This document shows, piece after piece, positions 43,379 through 55,400 of a stretch of 57,634 bases of DNA (within the stretch, counting starts at the first letter, position 1; every line of letters begins with the position of its first letter). Position numbers and translations under genes: made by a program. The notes under the pieces were generated by a model, which was not told where the DNA came from, searched no databases, and saw only the letters and a list, made by a program, of their open reading frames with translations. Origin of the DNA: a virus; the IMG/VR virus record IMGVR_UViG_3300045988_159412; one strand, given 5' to 3'.

Positions 43379-46300
43379 CTAGTCTTCCCAGCCCCTTATC
43401 TTCAACTGTTTGTTTATTTGCCTTAATTCCCGTGAAAGTTTTCTGTAGGTTGCTGACCTTTCGCCGTTTTCCTGCTTGGCCTTCTTCTTCTCCCTTCTTA
43501 TCTGCCTAGCCCTCTCCTTCATAGCTTCTTTTTCGGTATAGAGGGGATTTACTGACTCTGGAAGGAATTTCTGTGTGGTCGTCTTAGCTTGTGAAAGGGC
43601 ATTTGATAATGCACCTACCATCTCTAGAGCTTTGGTCATACTCTGCCCAGAAGTACCAAATATTGTGGTAGCCGATGCGACACTCCCAATATTTTTGCCT
43701 ACATAGGAAACCATATCAATGTAATCATTGGTAGTCAAAGCACCTTCCTTGTCCCATTTTTCCGATACAGTCTCATACGTCTTCACAATACTTCTGACTA
43801 AGCCTTGAATTGATTTGGATAAATCAGCCATATCGGCTCGTCCCAGACTGAATTGCTTACCACCGCTAATAAGGGAAGCGCACCACTCTGCAAACCCGCC
43901 GAACATAGGGACAGAAACAATCGGACTCAATACCGAAGTCAATAAGAAGTTGCTCATGAAGTCGTCCTCTTTGTCTTTATCGCCAAACAAACCTGTAGCC
44001 AAGCCGTTGAAGAGACCATTAGCAAGAGCGGCAATAGTATAAACACGAAAGGCTCCCTGAAAAGCCTCCCAGAAAGGAACATCCTTTTTGCCTTGCATCA
44101 TCACTAGGCCGAACTTGTTCATCACGTCGGACAAGAAAAGGAACTGGGCTTGCTCAAATGAGCTTCCACCTATCAAGTGGATAGCCTTAGCGGAGGTAGA
44201 TAAAGGCTGTGCCGTCTGGTAGATGTTTTTGTTAAGCTCCCATCTTATCTGTTCATGCGACAAACCGCGATTAGCAAGCATGTGGGAGGTCAGCTGATTC
44301 ACAAAAGATATGCTCCACCAGTCAAAAGCCATAAGGCCGCTCATGCCCGCTTCCTGCCAATATCCCCATTGCGCTTGTTTTTTTAGGGGAATGCTTAATG
44401 CCTTATCGGCAAGCACACGGTCTTCCCATCCACGGTACTTACGTTCCTTCATTGCCTCCAAGTCACGAAGCTCTTCAAGGGTAAAACCTTTATAGTTCCC
44501 GCTTGTCACCTCTGCCACGCCTTTGATAATTTCCATCATGGAGAAGTTGCTACCAACGATAGGGTTGAACAAAGCCGCCCCAGAGCGCACCAGAGAAGCC
44601 AAGGAGAAAGCAATCCTTGTCTTAGCCAATACTTGGAACACTTTCCCCATTACCTCTGCCAACATGCTCTTTTGGGCATACACACGCCCCTCGTTGATGA
44701 AGTAATACAGGGCTTTGTTTGCCGCCTCGAAATTGGCTGGGCCTAATAATTTCTGCAACTGTGCATTCGTTGTGGGATTAGCCCATACCCGGTTGTTGAA
44801 GTTGACCAGTTCCGAAGCTGTCATCCACCCCTCCATGATAGAGCTATAACGAAGATATTCCCCAAGAGGGTTTATTTCCAGAGAGAGCGCCGCCGAAGAG
44901 GGAGTGTTCCGGTGCTTTGCGTAAGAGGGCAAGCCCGTCCTTGTGACGTGTCCCTTACTGTAAGCATCCATATCCCCTTCTTGCATTGTATTATAGGCGG
45001 CAATATTGCGGGGCGTATAGTAGTCATCAAGGATAACCGTCTGGCCATAGTTCTCTGCCATGAACGCCCGTAGCTTCTCGCCCTTTTCCCGATACAGGTT
45101 CTGTAACTCGTCAGCAAGGTAAAGCCCATCCGGCCCAAGCAATTCCAATAGCTTGGCAATATCTTTTTCCTTCCTCGCAAGGTATTCTTCTTCAATGACT
45201 TCCAGATTGGACTCAAACTCTTCGGAAGTAATGGCGCCATCATCAAGGCTCTTGTTTAAGCCCTCCAACTCCTGTTGGTACTTACGATAGTTGCCGAAAT
45301 CCATCCCCTTGTCTCCAAGGTTTTCTCTCAATACAGCCAAGCCATCCTTCTCTCTCAATGTCTGATAGACTTTTACAAGGCCATACTTGGTTAGCTCATG
45401 CCCCATAAAGGGAATAGTTTTTGTAGAAAGCTCATCAAAATACCTTGGAGAGTTCTGCCCTGCAATCTCCATCATTCCACGCATGATGCGAATCGCATTG
45501 GACGTAGCCTTTTCTTTTTCTACCCCTCGCTGTTGCTCTGCGAATTGGACGTTGTTCTGCAAGAATGTCCCTATGTCCTTAAAGGATTTCATGGAAGACA
45601 TCACTTCGAGGAGTTGTTGAAGGCTCATGAATTGCGTGAAGATTCTATCTAAAAAGCCCGTTCCCCGTTGGTCCCTTTCCATTACGGCTTTTCTAAGGGC
45701 ATCACGATTCTTCTCTCCTCCTACTCGCTCATTGATTTTAGCGTTAAAATCATTATAGAAGCGCTCAATACGTTCATTAACCTTTTTCCTGCGGAGTCGC
45801 CCTTCACGCTGTAGCTCCTTCAATGTCTTAACTGCTTCCGCAAGTTGCTGTGCATTGAGAGCATACTTATACCTTCCGTTAGGCATCTTCTCCCGATACA
45901 ACGCACTACCAAACACCTCAAGGAGATTCTTTTGGTTTTCCAGATTTTCCAGTTCCAGAGCAAGTTCTTCTGTGGCAGGCTGGTTTTGAAGCTCATCTAT
46001 GGTGCTATCCAAGACTTCAAGCTGGGTTGCAACTTCGGAAGGAGACATAGCCATAACCTCAAGGGCATCCATAGTCTCCTCTCTGGCTTGTGCGTCCAAA
46101 GAACGAGAGCGCCCCTTGGTGTCCTTAAAAGCATTCTCGGCAAGCCTTCGCAAGCTCTGTATGCTTTTACTGGCAAGCTTCTTCTCTGCCGCCGCCTCCG
46201 CTCTTTCCTCCTTGATGTCTTTCCTTATTTCCTTGGAGATTAAACCCCGGAGGAATTTCATTTCCCTGTTGAAATCCTTCTTGGCTTTAGCGTCCGCTTG

Positions 46301-49300
46301 CTCAACCCTCCTGTTTATCTCGTCCTGAATAATGCGCTCCAACTGCTTCCGGCTCGCCGCCTCCGCTCTTTCGTTCAAGGCCGCTACTGTGGCATCCAAT
46401 GCAGTCTTCATGTCCGCATTAAACGCTTCGTTGCTCTTGGGATTCGCAAGCCTTTCGGCAAGCTGGTTGGAGATAAACTTCCGGCTACCGGAAGCCATTG
46501 CATTAGCGATAGAGAGAACAGAATTCAGTAACGCTTTCTGTTGTCCTCGTTCGGTCAGCTTCCCTTGAGAAAACCTTTCCGAAAGCTTTATCATGCTCCT
46601 CTGCAATTTGTGGAGCTGGCCTATAGACCTTTCCGATGCGCCATTGACTATGTTTGATATGGCTTCATTAATGGTTCTTACAGAAGGAGTTACATCAATG
46701 GTTCCACGCCTCCTCACGGAAGGAAGGCTCTGGCCCATTGGCAAAATGCTTTCTCCGGTCGCACCATTGACAAGCTCTGCCATATCCTGACCGTCACGAC
46801 GTTCGGCCATAGTCGCCAAAGATTTAGACCACTTGACAAAATCGGGAGAGACAATGCCCTGCTCAATGGCCTCTTTTATCAGAGCGCCTTCCGCAAAGAC
46901 ATTCCCAACTTCCGCTATAGCGTCCTTCTGCCACTCAAGGATTGTTTGAACATTGCCGGGCATTGCGGAAAACAGTTCCGGCGTTGTTGCCAAAGCCTTC
47001 CCCATATTCGCCAAATGTTCCTGCAACACAACGTCATTGCTCAAATCCCCTATCTCTTCCGCACTACGTCCCAAGAACTCCAAGTAATTCCTTACCTGTG
47101 TTTCAATGACGCTTCGAGAAATAACGCCGCTCTCCAAATCGGATATTGCACGGGCGTGAATTATTTCTTCCAGAATATTGAGAGGATTCGCTTCACCCCT
47201 CGCAACAGCAATCGTGCCATCTCTATATGCAGATACAATTTCCAGCTCATTTGCTACATCTTCAATACTTACTTTCCCATCACGAAAACTCTGCAACAAT
47301 TCCGGGTCTTGGTTAATTACAGCCAAAGCCCTAAGTCGTGCTATAGTTGCATTGTTGTCTTCTGTGGATTGGATTTTTGCTCGGAGTTCGTCAGGAGTAT
47401 AGCTCTTTATCTTCGTCTCCTTGCCCACCCCTGACTCTATCTCTTCTTGGGCGAAAATATTTAATGCCCTGATAAATCCCGGATTTGACTGCAACGCTTG
47501 AGACATGAACGTCCCTGCGATTTCGTCTGTTACTGTGGTTACTTTTTCAGCTCCACTTACCGGGTCTCTCTCAACAATATTAAAGGTTCCGTCCCCGTTG
47601 TCGGATATCTCCGGCATCAGCTCAACATCCTTAAACCTCTCTGCATTCTTAGCTAAAAAGTTCAGGAATATCCCCGCTTGCTGGTTTGTTATTTGCACGT
47701 CGGGGCTTACCCGGTTATTGCGAAGGGCCGATATAAGCCTGTTTGTGCGCTCCTTGCCGTCTGGCATTTCGGCAATAGCCACAGCTTCCGATTCGGGTAC
47801 ACCATAAGCTTGAAGAGCCGAAGCGCTTCTTCCTACTCGGTTGATGAGGTGGTTAGCTTGATAGCCCCCAACAGCACCAATGGAGCCGCCAAGAATGGCT
47901 GTAGCCCCCAATAGTTCAGGGGATGTGAAGTCCAATGTTTCCCACCAGTTTTTAAGGGTGTTTTGCTGGGTAAGCTCAAACCCCGCAGAGCGCATTACAT
48001 TCTCCAATCCAACATAAATTGGGTCAGCAATGACTTCTTGGGTATATTCAGACAAAGCACCAGCCGCCGCACCTCTTACGGTAGCGGGAACTCTTCCGGC
48101 AACAGAGGCCATTTTCCTACCTGCCTCTGCCACCTTAATACCTTTGGAGGCCAAAGCACCAACGCCAAGAGTTACGTTTTCAAGGAGACCTTCCAAGGCC
48201 CCAACAGTAACACCATATGTCAATGCTCCTGCCCTAGAAGAATTCGTCCTATATGCCTCAAGACCTACCGTTGAACCATACACCATTGAGCCGACAGCCA
48301 TACCTGTGGCGGCCATAGATACAGGGCCTCCACCACTAGCTAAAAGAGTACTTCCTGTTACTGCCGTTATCTTGGGAACTTGGTCTGTTGCTACCTTAGC
48401 CGCTATTCCTAGCCACGAAGTAGGCATGTCTCGGCCCTGACGATATTCCTGCTGGATAGCCAACGCAAGGCGTTCTGCTTGGGCGCTATCACCTCCTCCG
48501 TCAACCATGAGCCTAGCAAAGCGGGAGACATCAGAGGCGGTGTCGTCTATGGCTTGGGTTAGCCAAGTCCTGTCGTCTTTGGGCAACATGTAGGGAAGCA
48601 TCTGAATGGCTAGAGAGAACGTCTCTCCTTCCCCAAGCTTCAACAACCTGTCTGCCATCTTGTCCCAATCCAGCTCTCCGCTTTCTATGTATTCATCTTT
48701 AATCCATGAGACGGAGTTATACGCACGCTGGTAAATGTATTTAAGCGCAGGTTCTTGGTTGAAAATGTTTTCCGCATACAGGTTTAGATTGCCTTCCAAG
48801 CTGTCGATTGCTTTCTGGTAATCGCCTCCTGTTTCTATAAAGGAATCGAAAAATCTGGTAGAGGCTTCATTGTATGCTGTCTCCTCATCCTTGTTCCTTT
48901 GAAGCTCTTGAGCGTATTTGCTGACAACTCCGTGCATTGAGTCGGTTTGATAATGCTTTTTCAGGAGTTCTAGTGCATACCCTTTATCCATCTCCCCTTC
49001 CGGGAAAAAGTTTTCAACAATGCGATTGAAAACATATTTGTCTCGCATAAACTGCGGGGCATTATTGAAATCCCTAATTTGCTCAGCACTAAGTATTTTT
49101 TCCAGCTTATTGTTTGTTACATCTTGTGCAGGAACATCCCCAAACAAGCCTGTTGTTGGATTGATATACCTAGTAACCGAATAAACTATATCTTCGTTTC
49201 TTTTTATCTTCTCACGATACCTCTCATACTCCGGGTCTATACCATTTGCTTGCAGTTCCTCACGCAATGTCCCTACGGCATCTAAGGCTTCTCGTGGAGT

Positions 49301-49531
49301 AGTAGGAAGCAAGCTAGACGACATCCTTAAATAATCGTCAAGCTTTGTGCGAATACTTCTCTTGTTTCTTAAAACCCCTTCAATTTGTTCAGAAGAGTAA
49401 GCTTGAGGATTTGCTTCTAAATCCTCTTCTGTTATTTCAGGTTGCTCCTTATTAGAAGCGAGGCCCGAATTCATTTTCTTTATTTCATCCAACAGGATAG
49501 AATCTTCGGGTTGTTCTGAAAGCTCTTCCAT
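43379..49531 (-). CDS. tape-measure-like protein, ~2050 aa (mirror of 8104..14256)
   Basis: Exact reverse-complement copy. Confidence 0.65.
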   Translation of the reverse strand: MEELSEQPEDSILLDEIKKMNSGLASNKEQPEITEEDLEANPQAYSSEQIEGVLRNKRSIRTKLDDYLRMSSSLLPTTPREALDAVGTLREELQANGIDPEYERYREKIKRNEDIVYSVTRYINPTTGLFGDVPAQDVTNNKLEKILSAEQIRDFNNAPQFMRDKYVFNRIVENFFPEGEMDKGYALELLKKHYQTDSMHGVVSKYAQELQRNKDEETAYNEASTRFFDSFIETGGDYQKAIDSLEGNLNLYAENIFNQEPALKYIYQRAYNSVSWIKDEYIESGELDWDKMADRLLKLGEGETFSLAIQMLPYMLPKDDRTWLTQAIDDTASDVSRFARLMVDGGGDSAQAERLALAIQQEYRQGRDMPTSWLGIAAKVATDQVPKITAVTGSTLLASGGGPVSMAATGMAVGSMVYGSTVGLEAYRTNSSRAGALTYGVTVGALEGLLENVTLGVGALASKGIKVAEAGRKMASVAGRVPATVRGAAAGALSEYTQEVIADPIYVGLENVMRSAGFELTQQNTLKNWWETLDFTSPELLGATAILGGSIGAVGGYQANHLINRVGRSASALQAYGVPESEAVAIAEMPDGKERTNRLISALRNNRVSPDVQITNQQAGIFLNFLAKNAERFKDVELMPEISDNGDGTFNIVERDPVSGAEKVTTVTDEIAGTFMSQALQSNPGFIRALNIFAQEEIESGVGKETKIKSYTPDELRAKIQSTEDNNATIARLRALAVINQDPELLQSFRDGKVSIEDVANELEIVSAYRDGTIAVARGEANPLNILEEIIHARAISDLESGVISRSVIETQVRNYLEFLGRSAEEIGDLSNDVVLQEHLANMGKALATTPELFSAMPGNVQTILEWQKDAIAEVGNVFAEGALIKEAIEQGIVSPDFVKWSKSLATMAERRDGQDMAELVNGATGESILPMGQSLPSVRRRGTIDVTPSVRTINEAISNIVNGASERSIGQLHKLQRSMIKLSERFSQGKLTERGQQKALLNSVLSIANAMASGSRKFISNQLAERLANPKSNEAFNADMKTALDATVAALNERAEAASRKQLERIIQDEINRRVEQADAKAKKDFNREMKFLRGLISKEIRKDIKEERAEAAAEKKLASKSIQSLRRLAENAFKDTKGRSRSLDAQAREETMDALEVMAMSPSEVATQLEVLDSTIDELQNQPATEELALELENLENQKNLLEVFGSALYREKMPNGRYKYALNAQQLAEAVKTLKELQREGRLRRKKVNERIERFYNDFNAKINERVGGEKNRDALRKAVMERDQRGTGFLDRIFTQFMSLQQLLEVMSSMKSFKDIGTFLQNNVQFAEQQRGVEKEKATSNAIRIMRGMMEIAGQNSPRYFDELSTKTIPFMGHELTKYGLVKVYQTLREKDGLAVLRENLGDKGMDFGNYRKYQQELEGLNKSLDDGAITSEEFESNLEVIEEEYLARKEKDIAKLLELLGPDGLYLADELQNLYREKGEKLRAFMAENYGQTVILDDYYTPRNIAAYNTMQEGDMDAYSKGHVTRTGLPSYAKHRNTPSSAALSLEINPLGEYLRYSSIMEGWMTASELVNFNNRVWANPTTNAQLQKLLGPANFEAANKALYYFINEGRVYAQKSMLAEVMGKVFQVLAKTRIAFSLASLVRSGAALFNPIVGSNFSMMEIIKGVAEVTSGNYKGFTLEELRDLEAMKERKYRGWEDRVLADKALSIPLKKQAQWGYWQEAGMSGLMAFDWWSISFVNQLTSHMLANRGLSHEQIRWELNKNIYQTAQPLSTSAKAIHLIGGSSFEQAQFLFLSDVMNKFGLVMMQGKKDVPFWEAFQGAFRVYTIAALANGLFNGLATGLFGDKDKEDDFMSNFLLTSVLSPIVSVPMFGGFAEWCASLISGGKQFSLGRADMADLSKSIQGLVRSIVKTYETVSEKWDKEGALTTNDYIDMVSYVGKNIGSVASATTIFGTSGQSMTKALEMVGALSNALSQAKTTTQKFLPESVNPLYTEKEAMKERARQIRREKKKAKQENGERSATYRKLSRELRQINKQLKIRGWED

Positions 49532-49538
49532 GATTTGT

Positions 49539-51491
49539 TTATAAATTATTCCAATAGGAAAGCAATGCACAATAAATTCCCTGCTCTCCTTGTGCATCTA
49601 ATCCAGCTTTCGCCGCTATCGCTTTGGCCGAAATCATAGCTTGCACATCCATTAAATCTTTGTGTGGAGCTTGGAGGAAAGATTCATCTGCTACGATAAA
49701 TCCTTGAGGGGGCGCCCCGGCCCGTTTATATATGCTCAAGTAGTCTTTCTCGTTTGTAATGAAAGAGTTACTTCCGGCCCAAACAATAAAAGCACCATTA
49801 GTCGGAATATCTATAGAAGCTTTATTCGATATAGCCGACACTCTAACGTTGTTCGGAATAAATGTCGCCTTTCTTTCGTCTCTGTCTTGCTGTCCAGAAG
49901 GATAAACAGAGGCAGAAGATAATGGGTCAATACTGCTGATATTATTCCGGGAGAACGCCTCTTCTTGTGCGAAAAAAACAAGCTCATAAAGCTCTTGTCC
50001 GGTAGGAGATTTCCCATTGTGTTCTGCCCTATATTCAGCAATCTTATCAGAAAGGACGGAACGAACTTCGCTTTTTATCTTTTCTTGCAGGAACAGATTG
50101 TTCGAGTCCGGCACATACTCCATCACAGCATACCTGTCTTTTGCCGTTTTCGGGTCTAGGTATGTCCTGCTTTTGTCTAAGAAAAACTGGTTCTTCCTCT
50201 CTTTGAACTGCGTATTAAACTCTCCCTCCGTCAAATAAATCGGAGTAGTTCCTCCTTGAGTTCCGGTGTAATCCGCTGTCTTGGTCAGAGGTAGTTGGCC
50301 GTTATCCCAAAACTTCTCTACCAACTTGTCAGCCTGATTGAACGTTTCCGGGGAAATCTTTTGTGTTACAAGCTTGAGCAATGAGTTCTTGTCGCTGGTG
50401 CTGAAATTCATCCGCTCAAGAAGCCGTTCAGCTTGGGAGAGGATGTTGGCCTGTCCCTCTGGCGACTCTTTGTGATAATCCTCTGAAAGCTTGACCGCCC
50501 AATTAGACATGGCCGCAAACTGCATTGGAGTCGGCTCAATCTTGGCGCTCATGGTCTTCTTCATGTTGAGGAGGTTGACATATTGCTGGGTCGTCAGCTG
50601 GTTGGTGTCCAATAGCTTTTTGGCGACATCCATCTCAAACTCTTCCGGGTTGAACAAAAACTTCTGTACGAGAGAGTCATACGATTGCTTTTGAATCATG
50701 CTTATCCGGCCCTGCGCTTGGTTCAATGCGTACTGCTGTTGCTCGTAGGTCAATTCACGACGCTGTACAGCGCCATCCCTATTCACCTCTTCCAGCACAC
50801 CCCAAGGGTTCCTCAATGTTTCCTGCTGGATGATGTCCTGTGTCTGGGCTTGAACAACTCCATTCTCATTCAACATCTTTTCCGCAGGTGTTAGGTAGGG
50901 GCTTTTATTTATCTCCCTAGCCAACCCGAAATCCCTGTTGGCCACAGCAATCTTGAACGCCGCATTAGTTTCGTCTGCGGCCATCTTTGATATTCTGTCT
51001 GCCGCCATCAGGCCCACCTTGTTCTTCTCCTCTTTCAGCAACAGGTTGAGCCTTTCATTGGACAACATCTGATTGCGCCCAACATAAAACGATTTGGCAT
51101 ACTTGTTGTTAATCTCTGCCGCCCTTGATGTCATCTCCTCCGTATAGGCGTCCAGCCAAACCGCAGGATTGTTCATCGTGCTGGGGTCTTTTTGAAGCTG
51201 ATTGAAAACCTGTGTGGAAGCTTCCATGTACTCTGCCTGCATGCGCCGTGACTGAATACTGTCGTTCGTTGTCTCGACTTCCGCTTGCGCCTTCGACCAC
51301 ATTGTGAGTCCTTCTCCAAGGTCGCCAAGCTCCTTTACTCGGCTCTCTTTGTCGAACTCATTTCCAATAGGAACATATCTGGCCGCATCATAAGTGGAGC
51401 GCAAATAACGGTTTGAAGGAGAAGGCAACAACCCCTCCTTGTTCGCACTACTGACACCCATTCTTATGTCTCTAGTATCGTTGGTCACCAT
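49539..51491 (-). CDS. hypothetical virion protein, 650 aa (mirror of 6144..8096)
   Basis: Exact reverse-complement copy. Confidence 0.65.
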   Translation of the reverse strand: MVTNDTRDIRMGVSSANKEGLLPSPSNRYLRSTYDAARYVPIGNEFDKESRVKELGDLGEGLTMWSKAQAEVETTNDSIQSRRMQAEYMEASTQVFNQLQKDPSTMNNPAVWLDAYTEEMTSRAAEINNKYAKSFYVGRNQMLSNERLNLLLKEEKNKVGLMAADRISKMAADETNAAFKIAVANRDFGLAREINKSPYLTPAEKMLNENGVVQAQTQDIIQQETLRNPWGVLEEVNRDGAVQRRELTYEQQQYALNQAQGRISMIQKQSYDSLVQKFLFNPEEFEMDVAKKLLDTNQLTTQQYVNLLNMKKTMSAKIEPTPMQFAAMSNWAVKLSEDYHKESPEGQANILSQAERLLERMNFSTSDKNSLLKLVTQKISPETFNQADKLVEKFWDNGQLPLTKTADYTGTQGGTTPIYLTEGEFNTQFKERKNQFFLDKSRTYLDPKTAKDRYAVMEYVPDSNNLFLQEKIKSEVRSVLSDKIAEYRAEHNGKSPTGQELYELVFFAQEEAFSRNNISSIDPLSSASVYPSGQQDRDERKATFIPNNVRVSAISNKASIDIPTNGAFIVWAGSNSFITNEKDYLSIYKRAGAPPQGFIVADESFLQAPHKDLMDVQAMISAKAIAAKAGLDAQGEQGIYCALLSYWNNL

Positions 51492-51493
51492 GA

Positions 51494-52405
51494 TTAAAAT
51501 AACCCTCCTATGGATGAACCTATCTTAGAACCTATCGCCATTCCAGTGGGGCCTCCAAAATAAGCTCCCACACCAGAGCCAAGTAGCGAGCCAAGGAATC
51601 CACCGGAGGAGCGCTTGCTAGCCTTCCGGGCTTCGCTTGCCCGCCAATCAGCAACGCTTGCTTGATACATTGTGTTCTGCCTCTTTTGTTCCGCTTCCAC
51701 CCAAGCATCAGCTATTTGTTGCTCGAACTGGCTCATTGTCGCCTGTTGTACAGCGCCTATGGAACCGGAAGTCGGGGCGAAGCCTGTCCTGACTGCTGAC
51801 ACCCTTTGCTGGGCTAGGTATTTCGCCTGATTCCCTCGAAGGCGAGACATGTTTATTCCGGCAATCCTGTATGCCGACTCGGCTTGATTCCTTAACGCCT
51901 GTGCCCGATTCTCATAACTGGCGACATAGTTGGCATATGACCGCTTCTTGCTCAAGGAAGACGACACATCCGAAAGAACACTACCAAATCCTTTAAGCGT
52001 CGCAGAGTTGAAGCCGAACGGGTCAAACGTGTCATCCCATGCTATTTTGTTGGGACTAGACTTCTCGAACCCAGCTGACGTATCTATTGAAGCCGTTGAT
52101 GATAAATAACTTGTGTTAGGGTTATATGTCGGCGGCTGGGGCATTTCAGGATAACCTATCTGATAATCAATATCATACAGGCCGTTCATTGGCTCCAATC
52201 CAGTCAACGAAGGTAGGAGCGCATTCGTAACACCAGTCGTAGGGTCTGTCCAAATTTCGTTGTAAGCTGGCTCTGCTATTTCTGTTCCACCCCAGAGTTG
52301 ACCATTAAGAATGTCGCTTCCCCACATCCATGAGGGGAAGCCTGTCAATGGCAACAAACCATCTGCGGTTAGGCCGCCTGTGTCAGCTAATGATAGTGGA
52401 ATCAT
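51494..52405 (-). CDS. hypothetical virion protein, 303 aa (mirror of 5230..6141)
   Basis: Exact reverse-complement copy. Confidence 0.6.
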   Translation of the reverse strand: MIPLSLADTGGLTADGLLPLTGFPSWMWGSDILNGQLWGGTEIAEPAYNEIWTDPTTGVTNALLPSLTGLEPMNGLYDIDYQIGYPEMPQPPTYNPNTSYLSSTASIDTSAGFEKSSPNKIAWDDTFDPFGFNSATLKGFGSVLSDVSSSLSKKRSYANYVASYENRAQALRNQAESAYRIAGINMSRLRGNQAKYLAQQRVSAVRTGFAPTSGSIGAVQQATMSQFEQQIADAWVEAEQKRQNTMYQASVADWRASEARKASKRSSGGFLGSLLGSGVGAYFGGPTGMAIGSKIGSSIGGLF

Positions 52406-55400
52406 ACAGAATATACGCCGCTAATACGTTCACCTTTTTAGCATCATCTAAGGAAAAGTACAGTCTTGTATCTGTAGAGCTTTGTCCACTCAATACAATA
52501 TGGTCTCTCCCGTTAGACAAGTTTGTTGATACCGACATGGAATTACTCTTTTCCATAGCTATCGGGGCATCATAGTCCAATGCCTGAACTGTGGCCTGAA
52601 TCCTTGGCGCACCATAAGCCAGACCGTCATCACTAAGAAATGAAGATGAAGGAGTTACGTCGTTGCTCTCATCCCGTGATACTTGATACCTAAGTTGGCT
52701 AATCTTCGTAGTGGTCGCAGGAATGACATAATTGTTGGCATTCCCCATTGGCATTGAAATAAACTCCGAGAAGATATGAAGCCCAAAAACAAAGTTTGGA
52801 AGAGTCCCTGAGGTGCTGGACGGGGGAGTAATAAATCCGCTGTTCCCGGCTTGGCCAATATCGTTTTCAATTTCAGACTTAACATTAAATACGATTTGGC
52901 TCTGGGAGAACAAGCCTTCACCCTCCGGCGCTTGCTGGTAATAAGAATAATTATTATTTACCTCATTGCCGCCAAAGCAATAGCCTGTGGTTGTTTGCCC
53001 GTTAGCTGAAATGATGTCCAGATATACAGGCTTGGTTTCGTCCCACTCTATCTTGGATGTAGTAGCTTTAACTCTCACATCCATGTATGGGAAATATCCA
53101 TATTGCACATCATGGCCGGCCTCGTCAAAGACTGATAACTGCAAAATCTGTTCTGCACCTTCCCATGAGGGAACCGATTCCGAAGAAAAGTAACACCTTA
53201 TCTTCTGGTTTGCCTTCAACACCAAACCTAAGAAAAAGAACTCAAGGATTGGCAACTGATTTTTGTCGTCAGGCAACAATATCGAGTTAATAGAGCAAGT
53301 AAGGAATTCTTGCGTCTCTGCGTCGAAAACAAACATCCAGAACGGCCCTTTGGTTAATACCTCTTGAGAGGGGTCGTACTGGTTCTCAAAAAGGAAAGAC
53401 TCTATATCAACATCACTCCCACTAGCGACCGGATTGTTGAAAATAGCAGACTCATCGAAGGAAAAAGAAAATCTTGATATCCAGCTTTGAGTTGTAGGGG
53501 TTTTGGCCTGAACTGTGAGTTGCGAACTATTTTTGTTTTCCTTGAAGTAGCCATTTACAATTAGAGTGTTAAGAGCATCTGTGTAGCTCGTCTGCCCCGT
53601 GGAGAAGTTGTTCCACGAATTGTTTACAAAGCCTCCATAGGCCAGAGCATCTGTGTTGACTTCTTCTCCACGGGGCAGACGAGCTACACAGATGCTCTGG
53701 CCTATGGAGAAGAAGTCAACACAAGGATTGCTGTCCTCCATATAAGAGAGGAAGTATTGATTGGCGTTTACGAAATCGTTCTCGCCTTTACCTTTTACGG
53801 AAACAATCAATCCTTCTTCGCCTTTTACCGGATTATTGTAACAGCATACCTGATTTATGAAGGCTCCTTGAATATCGCATTGGAACCAGCCATTGATGTC
53901 CTGAACCCGGTTATACAGCAACCCTAAAAGCCTTCCGTCGCCAGTAGTACCCCACCAGATTGGGTCAGGGTCTTTCTGAATCGAATGAGAAGTAATCCCA
54001 TAATCAAACAAATCGGATGCCATAATCGTCACATCTTCCGATGTGTAGCCATCAATCTGGAAAGAGTAGATTGACTGGATAACACCCTTTTTGTCTCTAG
54101 GGATGAAAAACAGGCTCTCCGTCATCAGTTCCCCTTGCGCCACAGAAGAACCCCATCTGGATTGCTCTTTAATAATGGGTACAGGATTGCTTGAGTCGCT
54201 GTCGTTCAGCACCCATTCGCCAATGTCTGTTCCTACTATCAAATCCTTAGAGGAAGACAACCATTGAATCTTTTGGCTCTGGTTCGCGCCTATCGTCACA
54301 TCCCAGCCGGAATCTGCCATGTCGTCCACAGAGAACTCATTATACCTGTCAACACGGGAAGCCCATATTGTTTGGGGCTGGGCCTTAGTTGAAGCTAATA
54401 TCAGCCGCCCATTACGCAACGCTATGCAGGAAGGATAGCCTTTTTCTACAGAGAAAGCACACTTGACTAAATCGTTAAACTTGGCCGAATAGTAGTTGGT
54501 GCTACTGACATTGGTTTGAGTCAGCTGGTAGTTGCCCCTCCCAAACAAGGAACTAAATGTTTTGAATATGCCATCCAGCACAGGGGCATACATCATTGGC
54601 ATAATGGTCAGGTTTTGGAATACCGTCGCATCTGTCGTTGTTGAAGTAAGTCTCTTTTGATTAGGCCACACGGCAAAGGGAATGTCTGTCTGATAAACAC
54701 CACCTCCATTATCAACCTCAATGGACTGGCCAGCATCACCAGTATCGGTGGACACGTTTCCGTTCTCACCAATATAAACCAGCCCAACAAATACGCCCGG
54801 AGTATTGCTTCCTGACATGCTAAGCTTCCTCGGCTGTGAGAACCAGTTATTGTTGATTCGGAAGACTGTGTAGCCGCCGCCAGAAGGATAGCCTGAAAAG
54901 ACCTTGCTATTCTCCAAATAACTTACAAGAACCCCTTTGGTTGTCGCCACTTCTGCGTCTGTGCTAAGAGTCCAGTCGCCTCGAACGTAGCGGCATACGA
55001 TGTTTGCCATCCTAAAGAAGCTAATGGGAATTCCAACGTTGGCGCCAGTAGCGAAGTTGTATATGTTCCCATTCAATACGCCGTCCGTTTTGTTCATCAG
55101 GCAGGAGCCGATAACAATATCCCCCGGAGTATATTCTTTTAACCACTCGGCAATTCGAGTCCCGTCGTTGCCTGTTAATTGCGAGACGGAACCATCAGAA
55201 AGGAAATACCTGTCCCCAAAAACAGCGTTGACAGTGTTTAAGGAGACGCTGGTGTCCTCATAGACGTAATAGGGAATATCCGGGTATGTCTCATGGTTCC
55301 TACAAAACATGGGACTATCGGGATTAGTTCCTTGGCTTTTATCCCTTATATAGTAGTCGTCGCTCTTGGGATAAGTCAGGAAGTCCATTGTTGTCAACTT